Shown: positions 9,106-19,923, counted from the first letter of the stretch. The stretch: 32,763 bases of DNA from a virus (IMGVR_UViG_3300033415_000009:1-32763), one strand, 5' to 3'. Notes: a model not told the origin generated them from the sequence alone. Translations and numbers: made by a program.

Positions 9106-9179
9106 CGTTCAATTCCTCTGTGTTTTGTTAGACTAAAAACAGACAACACTTTTTCTCTTAACGCACAGGATAATTCACT

Positions 9180-10382
9180 ATGACGACTACGCCTAACATG
9201 GGCCTCACTCAGCCCGTCCCCGGAAGCCTTGGCCCTACATGGGCCACTGACATCAACACCAATTCCTCGACTCTAGACACCCATGACCATTCAGCGGGCA
9301 AAGGTGTGCCCATTACACCTAGTGGAATCAACATCAACTCGGATTTTAGCGTGCAGAACTTTACCCTCACAGATGCTAAGTCTGTGCGTTTTGTCAGTCA
9401 AACAGCCAGCATAGCGGGCACGGGTGCCCAAGATGTTTATGTGAAAAATGGCGACTTATTTTACGCCCGTGGTGGGACAGATGTTCAAATCACCAATGGG
9501 GGAAGCATAGCCGGAGCCAGTGGTTCTATTGCGGGGTTAGTCAGCCCTGCCAGTTGTGTGTTTAGTGGCCAGCAGTATAGCTTTTTTTACGATGCGGGCA
9601 CTTACGCCGACTTGCGATGCCGAGATCTCACCCTCTCCACCAACGGGGGGAACACTGTCAAAATCACTCAAGCCTCGACTGCCAGTTACACCTGCACACT
9701 CCCCGCTTCACCCCCTTCCACCTCGACTCAGCTTGTGGCAATGGGCACAACGGGCGCCCTATCCACCCCCGCTAACCCCACTCTAGGCGATGCTAGCAGT
9801 GTGCTCACATGGCAAGGCTCTACACAGTCTACGGCGATAGGCAATGGGGCTGTGGTCATTGCTGGTGGGGTCAGTGTGGCCAAGACACTCAGGGCTGAAA
9901 GTTGCCGCATTTCTAATGGTTTGAGTGTCACGAGTGGGGGACTGGGAATAGATGCCAATGGTGCCACCATAAATGGCACGACTGTTATTAATGGCACCAC
10001 AACCGTGACTGGCACGACAAATTTTGTGGGGGATTTAAACCAGAGTGGAGGCAGCCTTTTAACTAATGGGTTTATCCAAACCACTCTAAAGATCACTTGT
10101 AAGGGCGTGGATAGTGACAATTGGAGAATTCAGCAGCGTTTTATTACAACTTTTTTAAACGGTAGCGGGGGCCTTGTTTACACCCATGGACTAACAAGCC
10201 GTATTTTGTCTGTGACAGCATTTTTTGAATCGAACCCCAATGTGTGGAATTCCGTTGATGCAGCGGTAGGTATCGGTGGGTTAGGTGGGCTTTATTTCGA
10301 TTCCACAGAGATCAGAACTTTTGGATCAAGCGGTTTTTACTCCGGCAGAAGTGTCCGCCTGCTTATCATTCATGGAGATTGA
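9180..10382 (+). CDS. Tail fibre/needle-like virion protein
   Basis: N-terminal TTPNMGL..P..G..GP.WA..IN.....LD.HDH..GKG anchor motif. The body is G/T/S-rich with a GA.VI.GGV.V.K beta motif. Confidence 0.65.
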   Translation: MTTTPNMGLTQPVPGSLGPTWATDINTNSSTLDTHDHSAGKGVPITPSGININSDFSVQNFTLTDAKSVRFVSQTASIAGTGAQDVYVKNGDLFYARGGTDVQITNGGSIAGASGSIAGLVSPASCVFSGQQYSFFYDAGTYADLRCRDLTLSTNGGNTVKITQASTASYTCTLPASPPSTSTQLVAMGTTGALSTPANPTLGDASSVLTWQGSTQSTAIGNGAVVIAGGVSVAKTLRAESCRISNGLSVTSGGLGIDANGATINGTTVINGTTTVTGTTNFVGDLNQSGGSLLTNGFIQTTLKITCKGVDSDNWRIQQRFITTFLNGSGGLVYTHGLTSRILSVTAFFESNPNVWNSVDAAVGIGGLGGLYFDSTEIRTFGSSGFYSGRSVRLLIIHGD

Positions 10383-10385
10383 TCA

Positions 10386-13300
10386 ATGACACTCCAAAAG
10401 CAACTAGTCCCCATTGTGGTGCCTCAGGGTGTGAACACGAAAATAAATGAAGCCCTTTTGCCCATGCAGCAAGCAGCTAAGTTAGACAATTATAGGCTTG
10501 ATAAACAGGGAGAAATAAGAAAGAGATATGGATTTGACCCCATCACTCCATTGCCTAAAACAATTCGGCCAGAGTTTGGTGCTAATTTTGCATATGAAGC
10601 TAGAGGTGTTTTTGATTTTAATGGCAATGTTTTTATTGTTGGCAAGTATACTGACTATAATTTTTCAGACGTAGACATAGCAAACAATAAAGACACAGAC
10701 TTATATAGAGTATTCCAATACAACTCACTCAATAATTCATATTTAGATAGAGGAGTCACTGGGAACTTTACGCACACACTCCAAGAGCTAACTTACTCAG
10801 ACACTGAAGAGGTCATGCCCTCTTGGGCCATAGTGGGCAACTCGATTGTCTGTGCATTTATCCGCTACAACTCATCGAATGTGAGCACGGGTCTTTTGGG
10901 TGGCTTTGTCAATGTCTATGATTTGAGCACCTACACGCTGCTGACTTCTCTTTCTTTAGGCTCCACAGTGTGGGGGGTAAAGGTCTGCCAGCGGGATAAC
11001 AATTCTGTATATATCCTAACAAATCCAGCGGGTTCGACTAATCTCCTAGGCTACACCCTCGACGTGTCCCTTCTCACTCTTTCGAGCTCTTCCACCGTGG
11101 CAACCAACCTTTCTGCCACTCAGCCCAATTTCGATTTGAAATTCCACGCCCTCACCCAAAAGGCGCTCGTCTTTTACAATACAGGTGCCTCTGCCATCCT
11201 TGGCTATCTCTCTGCGACCGCCACCCTCGAGCCCAGCCCCACGCCCCTTGTGTTCACAGGGCAAAATGGAGATGGGGCCATCCACCTCAACACGATTGAT
11301 ACCCAAGAGGCCCGGGGAAATATTCAACTCGCGTGGGCAAGTGGGGCCTCTCCCTTCCCTTGCTACAACGCTTTTACCTCGTGGAACTGGACGGCACTCC
11401 CCACAGTGCGGAGTCAAAATCAAGCGTCTTTAGTCAGGCAAATCACGACCGACCAATCGTTTGTTTACTGCGGCCTCTTGGCCACTTTGGTGAACAGCCA
11501 ACCCATCAATAACAGTGTGGCCGTGTGGTCATCGAGTGTTGGCCCTTGGACTCTGTGGGACCAAGTCCGCTCAGTGGGGCTTGCCAGTGAAGCCCTTCAC
11601 TTCCAAGGGGTCGTCGCCCTTGCTCACGAGTCAAAATTGCAGCCCACAACCTTCCTGTACCATGGGGCCAGCAAGCGCATTCTAGCCAAAATGGCCCAAT
11701 CGAAATCAGGGGGCTTAGCTGGGGCAATAGGGCCAGTGGGCACATCCAGCTACACGTTATACCCCTCATGCCTCCCAGCGCTTATTTTGCACACTTTAAA
11801 CGACTCGGGTTCTAGCCCGTTTTACGAATTGCTCACCGTAACTAAGTCGGGGACGGTCAGCGAGGGTGGGGAGCTCTTTGGGACCCGTAATATCGCCGCT
11901 ATTCGTCTCACTAAGGCCGGGTCTCCTCAAGCCGTGCAGTCTTCCAGCCTCTTTCTAGCGGGTAGCCAAGTCGAGCAGTGGGACGGCGTGACGTTGGCTT
12001 CTCCGGGCTTTTATTTGAGTCCTGAGAATGTGGTAGCGGTGACAGACACAGGGGCCACAACGACCGCTGGTGTCTATGGCTGGGCGGTCACCTATTCGTG
12101 GGAAGATGCCACGGGGAAACGGTGGGAAAGCTTTGCGGCACAAGGGACAATCACCCTGACGGCAAGCCAACAAATCAAGCTGACCATTCCCACATTGCGG
12201 CTAACGGCTAAAAGCAATGTGGTCATCAACACCTACAGAACCACGGTGAACGGCACACTCTTACAGCGGTGTGACGCAGGCAACGCCACCAGTGCGACGA
12301 TTATTTACACGCCAAGCTCTCCACGGTTTAACGATAAAACAGTGGACTCAGTCAATTTGTGGCTCAACATCCCCGTGTCTGCCAGCGATACAGAAATTGA
12401 GACACGGGCCATTCTGTACACGAGTGGAGGGGAGTTGGATAATGACCCGCCGCCCAGCTGTTCCCATTTGGCCCTGTACCGTGGGCGGATGGTCTACACA
12501 GGTCTAGAGGATAAGAGATATATAGGCTATTCCAAGCTGTTCACCCCTGAGACTCCGCCCAATTTCTCAAATTCTTTTGTTCTTGGCATCCCTGACGATG
12601 GGGAAACGGTCACAGCGAGCCAGCAGCTTGATGACAAGCTCATCATCTTTAAACCCACTGGCATTTACGCCTTAGCAGGCAGTGGGCCACTCAACACAGG
12701 TTTACAGGATGACTTTGACACGCCCGTGTTGGTGGCCACAGATGTGGGGTGTGCCAGTCCTCAATCGATTGTTCTCTATTCTGAGGGCGTGTTGTTCAAG
12801 TCTTTAAAGGGTATCTACGAACTGTCTAGGTCCATGCAGGTGGCTTATACGGGGGCTCCTGTTGAGGATGACAACAGTTTGTTAGTCACCGGTGGCGTGC
12901 TCATTGACAATAAAAATGAAGTGCGGTTCACGACCACAGAGAAAACCCTTGTCTACAACTACTTTTTCAAACAGTGGATGACCCACAGTGGGCTCCCCTC
13001 TCTCACGTCAATTCTCGTGAAAGGGGTGCACACGATTTGTCTCACTGATGGCAGAATTGTGCAGGAAACAACAGGCTATCTTGATGGTGGCAGTGTGATC
13101 AGGAGCACACTAGAAACAGGTTGGTTGACGACGGCCATTCAGGGGTATCAACGCATTTATCGGTTTTTATTCCTTGGCCAATCACTTAGCAACACGCAAC
13201 TCAACGTCTCATTGGCTTATGATTACAACAAGTTCACAAGTGAGAGTTTCCTTGTCACCACAAGCACAATGTACCCCGTGTGTCCTTTGGGTGAAAGTGG

Positions 13301-13514
13301 CTATGGCGTGGGCTTATTTGGTGGGCCTTACTTTGGAGTGACGCAATTTATGGTTATGCCGAGTACACAAAAATGTCAATCGGTTAAAATCAGGTTAGAG
13401 GACACGCCACTTGAGGAGGGGGAAGGGTTGATTTTATCGGCAATCACGGCACTTGTGGGAGCTAAAGCGGGGACTCAAAAACTGGCAGCTCAATACAGAG
13501 CACTTAAAAACTAG
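10386..13514 (+). CDS. Tail nozzle / tail tubular protein B-like (P22 gp10-like)
   Basis: 1042 aa beta-rich protein with N-terminal G.NTK and G.IRKR.G. The C-terminal part has L.IFK...IY, D.GC....SI, VYNY...QW and ETGW.....G..RI. It precedes the ejection protein genes. Confidence 0.7.
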   Translation: MTLQKQLVPIVVPQGVNTKINEALLPMQQAAKLDNYRLDKQGEIRKRYGFDPITPLPKTIRPEFGANFAYEARGVFDFNGNVFIVGKYTDYNFSDVDIANNKDTDLYRVFQYNSLNNSYLDRGVTGNFTHTLQELTYSDTEEVMPSWAIVGNSIVCAFIRYNSSNVSTGLLGGFVNVYDLSTYTLLTSLSLGSTVWGVKVCQRDNNSVYILTNPAGSTNLLGYTLDVSLLTLSSSSTVATNLSATQPNFDLKFHALTQKALVFYNTGASAILGYLSATATLEPSPTPLVFTGQNGDGAIHLNTIDTQEARGNIQLAWASGASPFPCYNAFTSWNWTALPTVRSQNQASLVRQITTDQSFVYCGLLATLVNSQPINNSVAVWSSSVGPWTLWDQVRSVGLASEALHFQGVVALAHESKLQPTTFLYHGASKRILAKMAQSKSGGLAGAIGPVGTSSYTLYPSCLPALILHTLNDSGSSPFYELLTVTKSGTVSEGGELFGTRNIAAIRLTKAGSPQAVQSSSLFLAGSQVEQWDGVTLASPGFYLSPENVVAVTDTGATTTAGVYGWAVTYSWEDATGKRWESFAAQGTITLTASQQIKLTIPTLRLTAKSNVVINTYRTTVNGTLLQRCDAGNATSATIIYTPSSPRFNDKTVDSVNLWLNIPVSASDTEIETRAILYTSGGELDNDPPPSCSHLALYRGRMVYTGLEDKRYIGYSKLFTPETPPNFSNSFVLGIPDDGETVTASQQLDDKLIIFKPTGIYALAGSGPLNTGLQDDFDTPVLVATDVGCASPQSIVLYSEGVLFKSLKGIYELSRSMQVAYTGAPVEDDNSLLVTGGVLIDNKNEVRFTTTEKTLVYNYFFKQWMTHSGLPSLTSILVKGVHTICLTDGRIVQETTGYLDGGSVIRSTLETGWLTTAIQGYQRIYRFLFLGQSLSNTQLNVSLAYDYNKFTSESFLVTTSTMYPVCPLGESGYGVGLFGGPYFGVTQFMVMPSTQKCQSVKIRLEDTPLEEGEGLILSAITALVGAKAGTQKLAAQYRALKN

Positions 13515-13525
13515 GAGATTTTGCT

Positions 13526-14659
13526 ATGGGATTCATGGATTTTCTTTCAGGGCTTGATCCCACTAATGTCAAAAAGACCACAGTGGCACCAGCCAGCACA
13601 CAGAATTCACAGGCGTTTCTGCAAGCCGCCCAACAACAGGGCAAACAGGTGGCAGCTCCTCAACTCGCAGCAGCCCCACAAGCCCAAGCGGCAGAGATTG
13701 CCCGTGGTGGCATGTATGGAGCCCAAGGGCAGCAACAACAACTCGTCAATAGGCTACTGAGTGACGAGGGCCGGCAGCAACAACAGGCGTTGCAGACCAA
13801 CAGGGCCTTAGCGGAACAGGGGGCACGGGCACAGATGGCAGCCCTTGCAAGTGGAAGGGGGAACGCTGCGAGTGCTAACAGACAGGCCATGCAGACAGGG
13901 GCTTTGATGCAGTCTCAAGCGGCCCAACAGGGCATGGTGCAAGCGGGGCAGAATGACCTACAGAGGCAACAGCTCGCCTCACAGATAATCGGACAACAGT
14001 ATGGAACCGAGGCGGGCTTAGCACAAAGCCAAGCCCAGCTTGCCCAACAGGCGGCCCTCGCTAACCAACAACTCCAAGGTCAGTATGGGTTAACGGGCGC
14101 TCAACAGGCGTTACAAGCTCAGCAACTTAACCAGTCCGCAGAACTGCAAAGGTTGGGTTTGCAGGGCCAAGCACAGATGGGCATGGATCAATCCATTAAC
14201 GCAAATCTAGGTTTGCAGGCCCAGCTGGATTCAGAACGGGCCAAAGCGCAACAAGCGGCTAAGGGTGGAATAGTCAGCGGTATAAGTGGCGTCCTTGGAA
14301 AAGTGGCGACGCTTAGCGATAAGCGGGCTAAGAAAGACATTAAAGCCAGCAAAGATAAAGCCAGTCGTGAGCTGGACAAAATGGCGGGCAGTGGTTCCGA
14401 CCAGCGGAAATTCTTAGATGCCCTCCAATCTTACGAATACAAATATAAGCATGAGGGCAAGGGTGCCACGCCGCAAATGGGCATCATGGCCCAAGACCTA
14501 GAGAAGACACGGTTAGGCAAGCAAATGGTGGTTCAGGATGCGGTGAGCGGGCTTAAAACCGTGGATTTTGGCCGTGGGTTTGGTGCACTTTTGGCAAGCC
14601 AAGCCGAGCTCAATAAACGGATTAAAAAACTTGAAGCCACAAAGGGGAGGATCAACTGA
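13526..14659 (+). CDS. Q/A-rich internal virion (pilot-like) protein with C-terminal peptidase S74 intramolecular chaperone domain
   Basis: Q/A/G-rich helical body followed by SDKRAKKDI...Y.YKYK...GIMAQDLEK...VD...L...I..LE, the S74-type pattern. Confidence 0.75.
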   Translation: MGFMDFLSGLDPTNVKKTTVAPASTQNSQAFLQAAQQQGKQVAAPQLAAAPQAQAAEIARGGMYGAQGQQQQLVNRLLSDEGRQQQQALQTNRALAEQGARAQMAALASGRGNAASANRQAMQTGALMQSQAAQQGMVQAGQNDLQRQQLASQIIGQQYGTEAGLAQSQAQLAQQAALANQQLQGQYGLTGAQQALQAQQLNQSAELQRLGLQGQAQMGMDQSINANLGLQAQLDSERAKAQQAAKGGIVSGISGVLGKVATLSDKRAKKDIKASKDKASRELDKMAGSGSDQRKFLDALQSYEYKYKHEGKGATPQMGIMAQDLEKTRLGKQMVVQDAVSGLKTVDFGRGFGALLASQAELNKRIKKLEATKGRIN

Positions 14660-16182
14660 TGGGTTACAGAAAAAAATCAATAGGAGACCAATACCTAGAG
14701 GACCACCCAAATGCTGTTCCTAGCTATGTGCCAGACACACCGCCACCCTTGCCTAGTGGCCCTATTAATCTCAACGTGCCTTCACCTCTAGACCCCATGC
14801 CTGTAACGCCCATGCCTGTAACGTCCATGCAGTCTATGCCTCAGGGTGTTCAGCCTCAGCCTCAACCTCAGCCTCAGGCACCAGTGGGCATTCAGCCAGA
14901 GTTTATTGCACCTAGCCCACAACAATCCACTCCCATGGCAGCCCCACAAGGCCCCATGATGATCCCCACTTTTGAGAAGACGGCCAGCACTTTCATAGAC
15001 AATTCGACTAGTGGAGTCGATGCCAAAAGTGCAGCAGCTATTAGGGCTGCGTCAGCTGAGCAACAAAAAGCGGTGATGGATTTGAGTCAAGTTGAGGCAC
15101 AAAAAGCACAACAACAAAGCCTGTCTAAAGAAGAGCAAGCAGCGATTCAGGGCACTCAAATTGACGCAGAAAAAGCGGCGAGAGAAGAACAAAGAGCCAA
15201 AGAACTCAACGCACAAAAAGAGATGGACAAGACGGCAAACGACCTGTTGGCCACTGAGTTTGATCAAAACCGGGTGTGGAAACGCATGGGCACAGGGGGT
15301 TCTATTGCCGCTGGCGTGGGCATTGCACTGGGTGCTTTGGCTCAAGGTTTTGGCGCTAAATCCAATGCGGCATTAGACGTGATTGGTAAGCAAGTGGAGC
15401 GTGACATCGAACAGCAGCGGATGGAATACGAAAAGATTAAGGACAAGGCTAAGGCCCAAGACAGTGCTTATGGGCGCTTGAGGCAGCTGGGCATGGACGA
15501 TAATCAAGCACGGGCTCAGCTGAATAAGGCCACTCTAGACCAGATCCAAACGAAACTTGAGGTGGGGTTAGCAAAGTTAGGCGTGCAAGAGGCTCCACTG
15601 AAAGCCGCAGAGGCCACAGCAAACGCTCGATTAAAAGAGGAATATGCACTGAAGAAGACTGAGGTAAAGAGCGTCAAAAAACAAACCAACGAAACGCAAG
15701 GCATGAAGATAGGAGGTGGTGCCCCGCTCAATCAAAAAGAACAGGTCGAGCTCGCACAAATGGCGGACAAAGACGAGGCGATGAAAAACTTTCGTAATGC
15801 AAAAACAGGTTTACAGAAATTTCAAGGGACTCTTGATTCCAAAGGCCGTGCTAACCCCGTGGCTTTGGCTGAATATATATCAGGCATAACGGGGTTAGCC
15901 CAAGGGAGCTATAACCCTGATACGTTCAACAAAGCTATGCAAAGTGCTGGTTTTTCTGGGAGAACTAAAGAGGCTCTGCGTGACTTTTGGAATGACAAAA
16001 AGCCTGTCCCCAAAGACATCACGGACAACGTTCTTGCCACCTTTAACTCTAACGTTCGGCAATTTGAGCCAGCAGCAAGGCGGAGATACAGCGAGGTTTA
16101 CGCTAGTAAGGGCTTCTCTCCTCAAAGTGTTTTAGGTGAGGATTTGGAAATCATCACACCTCCACCTCGGGGGAATTTGTGA
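14659..16182 (+). CDS. Internal virion / DNA ejection protein (putative)
   Basis: 507 aa with a P/Q-rich N-terminus and coiled coils around a glycine-rich hydrophobic helix (IAAGVGIALGALAQG). Translationally coupled to its neighbours. Confidence 0.6.
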   Translation: MGYRKKSIGDQYLEDHPNAVPSYVPDTPPPLPSGPINLNVPSPLDPMPVTPMPVTSMQSMPQGVQPQPQPQPQAPVGIQPEFIAPSPQQSTPMAAPQGPMMIPTFEKTASTFIDNSTSGVDAKSAAAIRAASAEQQKAVMDLSQVEAQKAQQQSLSKEEQAAIQGTQIDAEKAAREEQRAKELNAQKEMDKTANDLLATEFDQNRVWKRMGTGGSIAAGVGIALGALAQGFGAKSNAALDVIGKQVERDIEQQRMEYEKIKDKAKAQDSAYGRLRQLGMDDNQARAQLNKATLDQIQTKLEVGLAKLGVQEAPLKAAEATANARLKEEYALKKTEVKSVKKQTNETQGMKIGGGAPLNQKEQVELAQMADKDEAMKNFRNAKTGLQKFQGTLDSKGRANPVALAEYISGITGLAQGSYNPDTFNKAMQSAGFSGRTKEALRDFWNDKKPVPKDITDNVLATFNSNVRQFEPAARRRYSEVYASKGFSPQSVLGEDLEIITPPPRGNL

Positions 16183-18938
16183 TGGCACAACCTCAGGGTG
16201 GAACTGGAGCAGCACAAGAGCCCACTGTTCGACTGTGGGATGGCACCAGTCAATCCTATGTCCAAGTGCCCAATTCTCAGGCGGTTCTTGCTATCAAAGA
16301 CCCGACTAAGGGCCAAGGCTTTAAACCCGGCGACTCGTATTACTTTCAGTACCCCGATGGGGAACTCGGCAAGGCATCTAACGTCAACGAGTTTTATTCC
16401 GCCATCAAGTCAGGTGGCAGAGAAATAGACAAACGCACCGCAGAGTTGAGGAATGAAGCCCGTGGTGCCATTGGGACGGCTATCGCTTTTGGTTCCAGTG
16501 CTGCCAGTTCTGCAACATTTGGAGGCTCTGACATCCTCGCCCGCGGTCTCGATGAGTTATCGGGGAACAAGTTTGGCATCACCGAGAGGATAAAAGCGAG
16601 TCAGGAGGCGAGTCCTATAGCCTCTACGCTAGGCAATGTCGCGGGTGCGGTGGGTAGTGCTGTGTTGCTCCCCGGTGGTGGTTTAGTGGGAGGTGTAGGG
16701 AGGCTAGCAGCGGGTGCTGTTGAGCGTGCTGCTGGAGGTGCTCTAGTGGGCCTTGCTGCTAAGGGAACACTGGGGGCTATAGCGAGTAGTGGGGTTAAGC
16801 TAGGTGCCACTGGTGCTCTAGAGGGCGCTGCTCAGGGTGTGGGCCAAACCATCTCACAACAGGCGTTGAAGTCCACACCTCAGGGTGTAGCCGAAAGTTT
16901 AGTGGCCAATGTGGGCACAGGGGTGCTCTTTGGTGGCGTGGTGGGTGGTGGTTTAGGGGCTGGTGGTAAGGCTTTAGCGCCTGTGATAGGCACTGCTGGC
17001 AAGGCGTTCACTCAAGTGACTGGCAAGTTGAAGGGCTTTAGTGGAGAGGAGTTGGCTGCCCAGCGGGGGGTTTTTGAACCCGGCAGTGAAGCTTTGAAAG
17101 CCTTACGCAGCCCACAAAAGTTTGAAGAGCAGGTGGTTAACTCCACATCGAAACTCATGAATGACATTGAGCAGACGGGTATCAGTGCCAGCACTAAGAT
17201 GAACGAAATGATCTCAGGAGGCACCACAGACCCCATCAAAGGGCAAGCAGCTAAAAACGTTGTGCTGGACCATATGGGTGCCATGAGCCAAGACCCGAGT
17301 TTATCACCCAAAGTCAAGGGTGTGTTCACTGACCTAAACCGCAAGTTAAGCCCTATGGCACCGCAACAAATGGACGCCATACAAACCCAAATTGGGGTTT
17401 TAGAGAAGCGGCTGGCCAGCCCCTTAACGGCAGCAGAAAAGGAATCCATACAAGCCCAAGCAGATATTTTAAAGAACAGGCTTGTCATGGCCTCCCCTGA
17501 GAATTCCCTTCAGGCATTGCGTGAAGCCCGCCGTGATGTGTCAGAGGCGCAAAGAGACTTTCAAAAAGCTTACACGATGACAGGAGATAGAGAGGCGGGG
17601 CAAGGGTTAAAACAACTCGATAGCCTAAACAAAGTCCTCAAAACCACTGTGTGGGACGAGGCCACTTTTGGCCCACAGGCGGGACTTTTGGCAGATCTCG
17701 ACGAGGCCATAGCCACCCGGTATTCCGCATTCAATGCCCTCAAAGATTCAGGGGCGATCAAAAAAGAGGGTGCTGGTTTTGTCCTCAAGAGGAACGGCGT
17801 GAAAGCCCTTTTGAGAGATGAGAAAAACGCAACCCTCATTGAAGACCTCCTAGCAGCAGAACACAAAGTGCAGGCCGTGGGCTCCCAACTCTCAGGTGAG
17901 GCCATGGATGCCACGATTTCTGAGTTGCCCAAGATGATTCAAGCTCGGCAAACTGTGCGTTCTCTCTTTGACAATGAACTGATGACGGGGCGTTCATTGT
18001 GGGCAGGAGGCTTGGGTTACGCGGCTGGTGGGGCTGCTGGTGCTTTCGTTGTACATGCCCTAGAAAACCCTGGAACTGTTACGAAATTCCTAGCTAACAG
18101 ATATTCAGATTCACTAAAATTGGGTAAACTGGTTGACAAAGAAAACTCTTGGGGAGTGCTGCAAGGAATAGCCTCAAACCTCAACCGGCAGGCTGCTGAT
18201 GAGGTCGCAAGCCGTGACATGCAAGCCCAAGCTCAAAAGAGCACAGAGCAAACAGCCAGTAAAATCAACGCTTCTGTGAGCTCCCTCCTTTCACGAGAGG
18301 CTAAGGGTGTCGTGGCACCAGCGGTTCAGTACACGGCAGCAGATTTTACCAAGACCAAAGAGATCCTAGCCTCACCCCCCCCAGCCCACATTGAGGCCAT
18401 TCAGGATCCCGTGCTGAAGGCCAGCCTCATCACTCAGCACCAGTTGGTCACAGGGTACCTCAACTCCAAATTGCCACCTGTTAGAGAGGACTCACTGGGG
18501 TTTGAGAGGCCTCCCACTAAGCAACAGTTGCTTGCCTATGGACGCACCGTAGAGGCTGCAAACAACCCATTAAGGGTCATAGAGGACATAGGGAAGGGGT
18601 ATGTGTCTAAAGAGGGCTTAGGCACGCTACAGGCCGTCTATCCAGCCCTCTATGAGGCTTTGCAACAACAAGTGAAGGGCACGATCACAGATGAGCCCAG
18701 TTTAAAGAACAAGGCGGTCATCGCTCAAATCATAGGCAGAGAGGGCATAGCAACACGGGCTAAAGCGAGCATGGAGGGTTGGGCCACTGCGTTTGTTGAC
18801 GCTGCTCAAGACCAAGCTACAGGCGGTCTAGATCCTCATCTCTCTCAGGGAATGGGAATGGGGATGGGTGGGCCTAAACTCAAGGGCATAGGGGCCATGG
18901 GGGTAGGTGGAGAGCCTAAGCGGGGTTCGATGGTGTGA
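16179..18938 (+). CDS. Large internal virion / DNA ejection protein (putative)
   Basis: 919 aa with ATFGGSD, P.AS..G.V.G and long G/A-rich hydrophobic segments typical of podophage ejection proteins. Confidence 0.65.
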   Translation: MMAQPQGGTGAAQEPTVRLWDGTSQSYVQVPNSQAVLAIKDPTKGQGFKPGDSYYFQYPDGELGKASNVNEFYSAIKSGGREIDKRTAELRNEARGAIGTAIAFGSSAASSATFGGSDILARGLDELSGNKFGITERIKASQEASPIASTLGNVAGAVGSAVLLPGGGLVGGVGRLAAGAVERAAGGALVGLAAKGTLGAIASSGVKLGATGALEGAAQGVGQTISQQALKSTPQGVAESLVANVGTGVLFGGVVGGGLGAGGKALAPVIGTAGKAFTQVTGKLKGFSGEELAAQRGVFEPGSEALKALRSPQKFEEQVVNSTSKLMNDIEQTGISASTKMNEMISGGTTDPIKGQAAKNVVLDHMGAMSQDPSLSPKVKGVFTDLNRKLSPMAPQQMDAIQTQIGVLEKRLASPLTAAEKESIQAQADILKNRLVMASPENSLQALREARRDVSEAQRDFQKAYTMTGDREAGQGLKQLDSLNKVLKTTVWDEATFGPQAGLLADLDEAIATRYSAFNALKDSGAIKKEGAGFVLKRNGVKALLRDEKNATLIEDLLAAEHKVQAVGSQLSGEAMDATISELPKMIQARQTVRSLFDNELMTGRSLWAGGLGYAAGGAAGAFVVHALENPGTVTKFLANRYSDSLKLGKLVDKENSWGVLQGIASNLNRQAADEVASRDMQAQAQKSTEQTASKINASVSSLLSREAKGVVAPAVQYTAADFTKTKEILASPPPAHIEAIQDPVLKASLITQHQLVTGYLNSKLPPVREDSLGFERPPTKQQLLAYGRTVEAANNPLRVIEDIGKGYVSKEGLGTLQAVYPALYEALQQQVKGTITDEPSLKNKAVIAQIIGREGIATRAKASMEGWATAFVDAAQDQATGGLDPHLSQGMGMGMGGPKLKGIGAMGVGGEPKRGSMV

Positions 18939-19094
18939 ACGTTCAACAATACCGTTTGAGCTTTCTCTTCTTCCGCAATTTGATTAGCTTAAGCTGCTGT
19001 TTACTCACACCTTGGATCTGTCTAAACCAGTAAGCAAAATGCTCTATGCTTTGGCCAAACTCTTTATGAGGTGGTGGCAATTCTCTGTTTTCGC

Positions 19095-19466
19095 TCATGA
19101 CTTCTTTTTAGCTTTCTTAGATTTCTTAGATTTCTCTGGTTTTTCTGGATCAACAAAACTGATCATTTTTCCCGTGTCATCAAATACTTGTAAATACTTA
19201 AAACTTCTTTTTAAATAGCCCATTTTAAAATATTTAAACGGCTTGTTGAGGACTGGCCTAAAAGAATGCCCATTTAAAAATTTCCAAGAATTTACCATGA
19301 GAAAGTCATTTAAACTTTCTAATTTAGAACATTTGAGCAAGGCCAATATTTTATTTTGCATACTTAAAAATTCGTGAAAGGGATCAACACAATTGACATC
19401 CTTTAACGTATTAACTGGATGATTTTCCGCGTAGCCTTCAGCCCAATCGTATTCACTCACAATCAT
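19095..19466 (-). CDS. Hypothetical protein, K-rich C-terminus
   Basis: 123 aa AT-rich ORF overlapping the end of the RepL-like gene by 14 bp, with an AAGGGA SD. Confidence 0.65.
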   Translation of the reverse strand: MIVSEYDWAEGYAENHPVNTLKDVNCVDPFHEFLSMQNKILALLKCSKLESLNDFLMVNSWKFLNGHSFRPVLNKPFKYFKMGYLKRSFKYLQVFDDTGKMISFVDPEKPEKSKKSKKAKKKS

Positions 19467-19923
19467 TCCCTTTTTGTATGTTCTCTATCAGTTCTCTATA
19501 GGCTTTTGCAGAGCCTCTAAAAACACAATTGTGGTTTACGAAATAGACTTGACCACACTTCTTTTTGATCATGTTTTTTTCAATTAACTCTTTAATCCCT
19601 ATGTAGTAAATTCGTTTACTTCCATATTTCTTCTCAAACTGGACTAGGGGAAGATCCACTTCTTTACTGCTTCTTTTGAGCTTGTTTAGTAAATACGCAA
19701 AAACGACTGTAGTTGAAGGCTTACATTTGGCCAGCAGTTCGTAAACTGGTGGATGGATTATGATACCTACACCGTGCATATGTCTCACCGTTTTTATAGT
19801 TGTACACTGTCTTTTTGTGGAATCATTATCATCGTCTCCCCGATTTAATAAATGACTGGCAACGAGCTTTATATGAGAATTTGTCTCATTGTCAAATGGT
19901 GAATTGCCATAGTGGACGGCCAC
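19453..19923 (-). CDS. RepL-like replication/maintenance protein (winged-HTH), copy 1
   Basis: N-terminal NSPF, then VFAYLL..L, Y.GIKEL.EK..I and YFVN...VFRG, matching the RepL family C-terminal signature. GTG start with AGGGG SD. Confidence 0.62.
   Translation of the reverse strand: MAVHYGNSPFDNETNSHIKLVASHLLNRGDDDNDSTKRQCTTIKTVRHMHGVGIIIHPPVYELLAKCKPSTTVVFAYLLNKLKRSSKEVDLPLVQFEKKYGSKRIYYIGIKELIEKNMIKKKCGQVYFVNHNCVFRGSAKAYRELIENIQKGNDCE

Noticed and set aside
6510-9179. Recombination sites bounding the minus-strand HNH-ParB-glycosyltransferase block
   Set aside because: I found no matching inverted repeat between 6510-6577 and 9106-9179.
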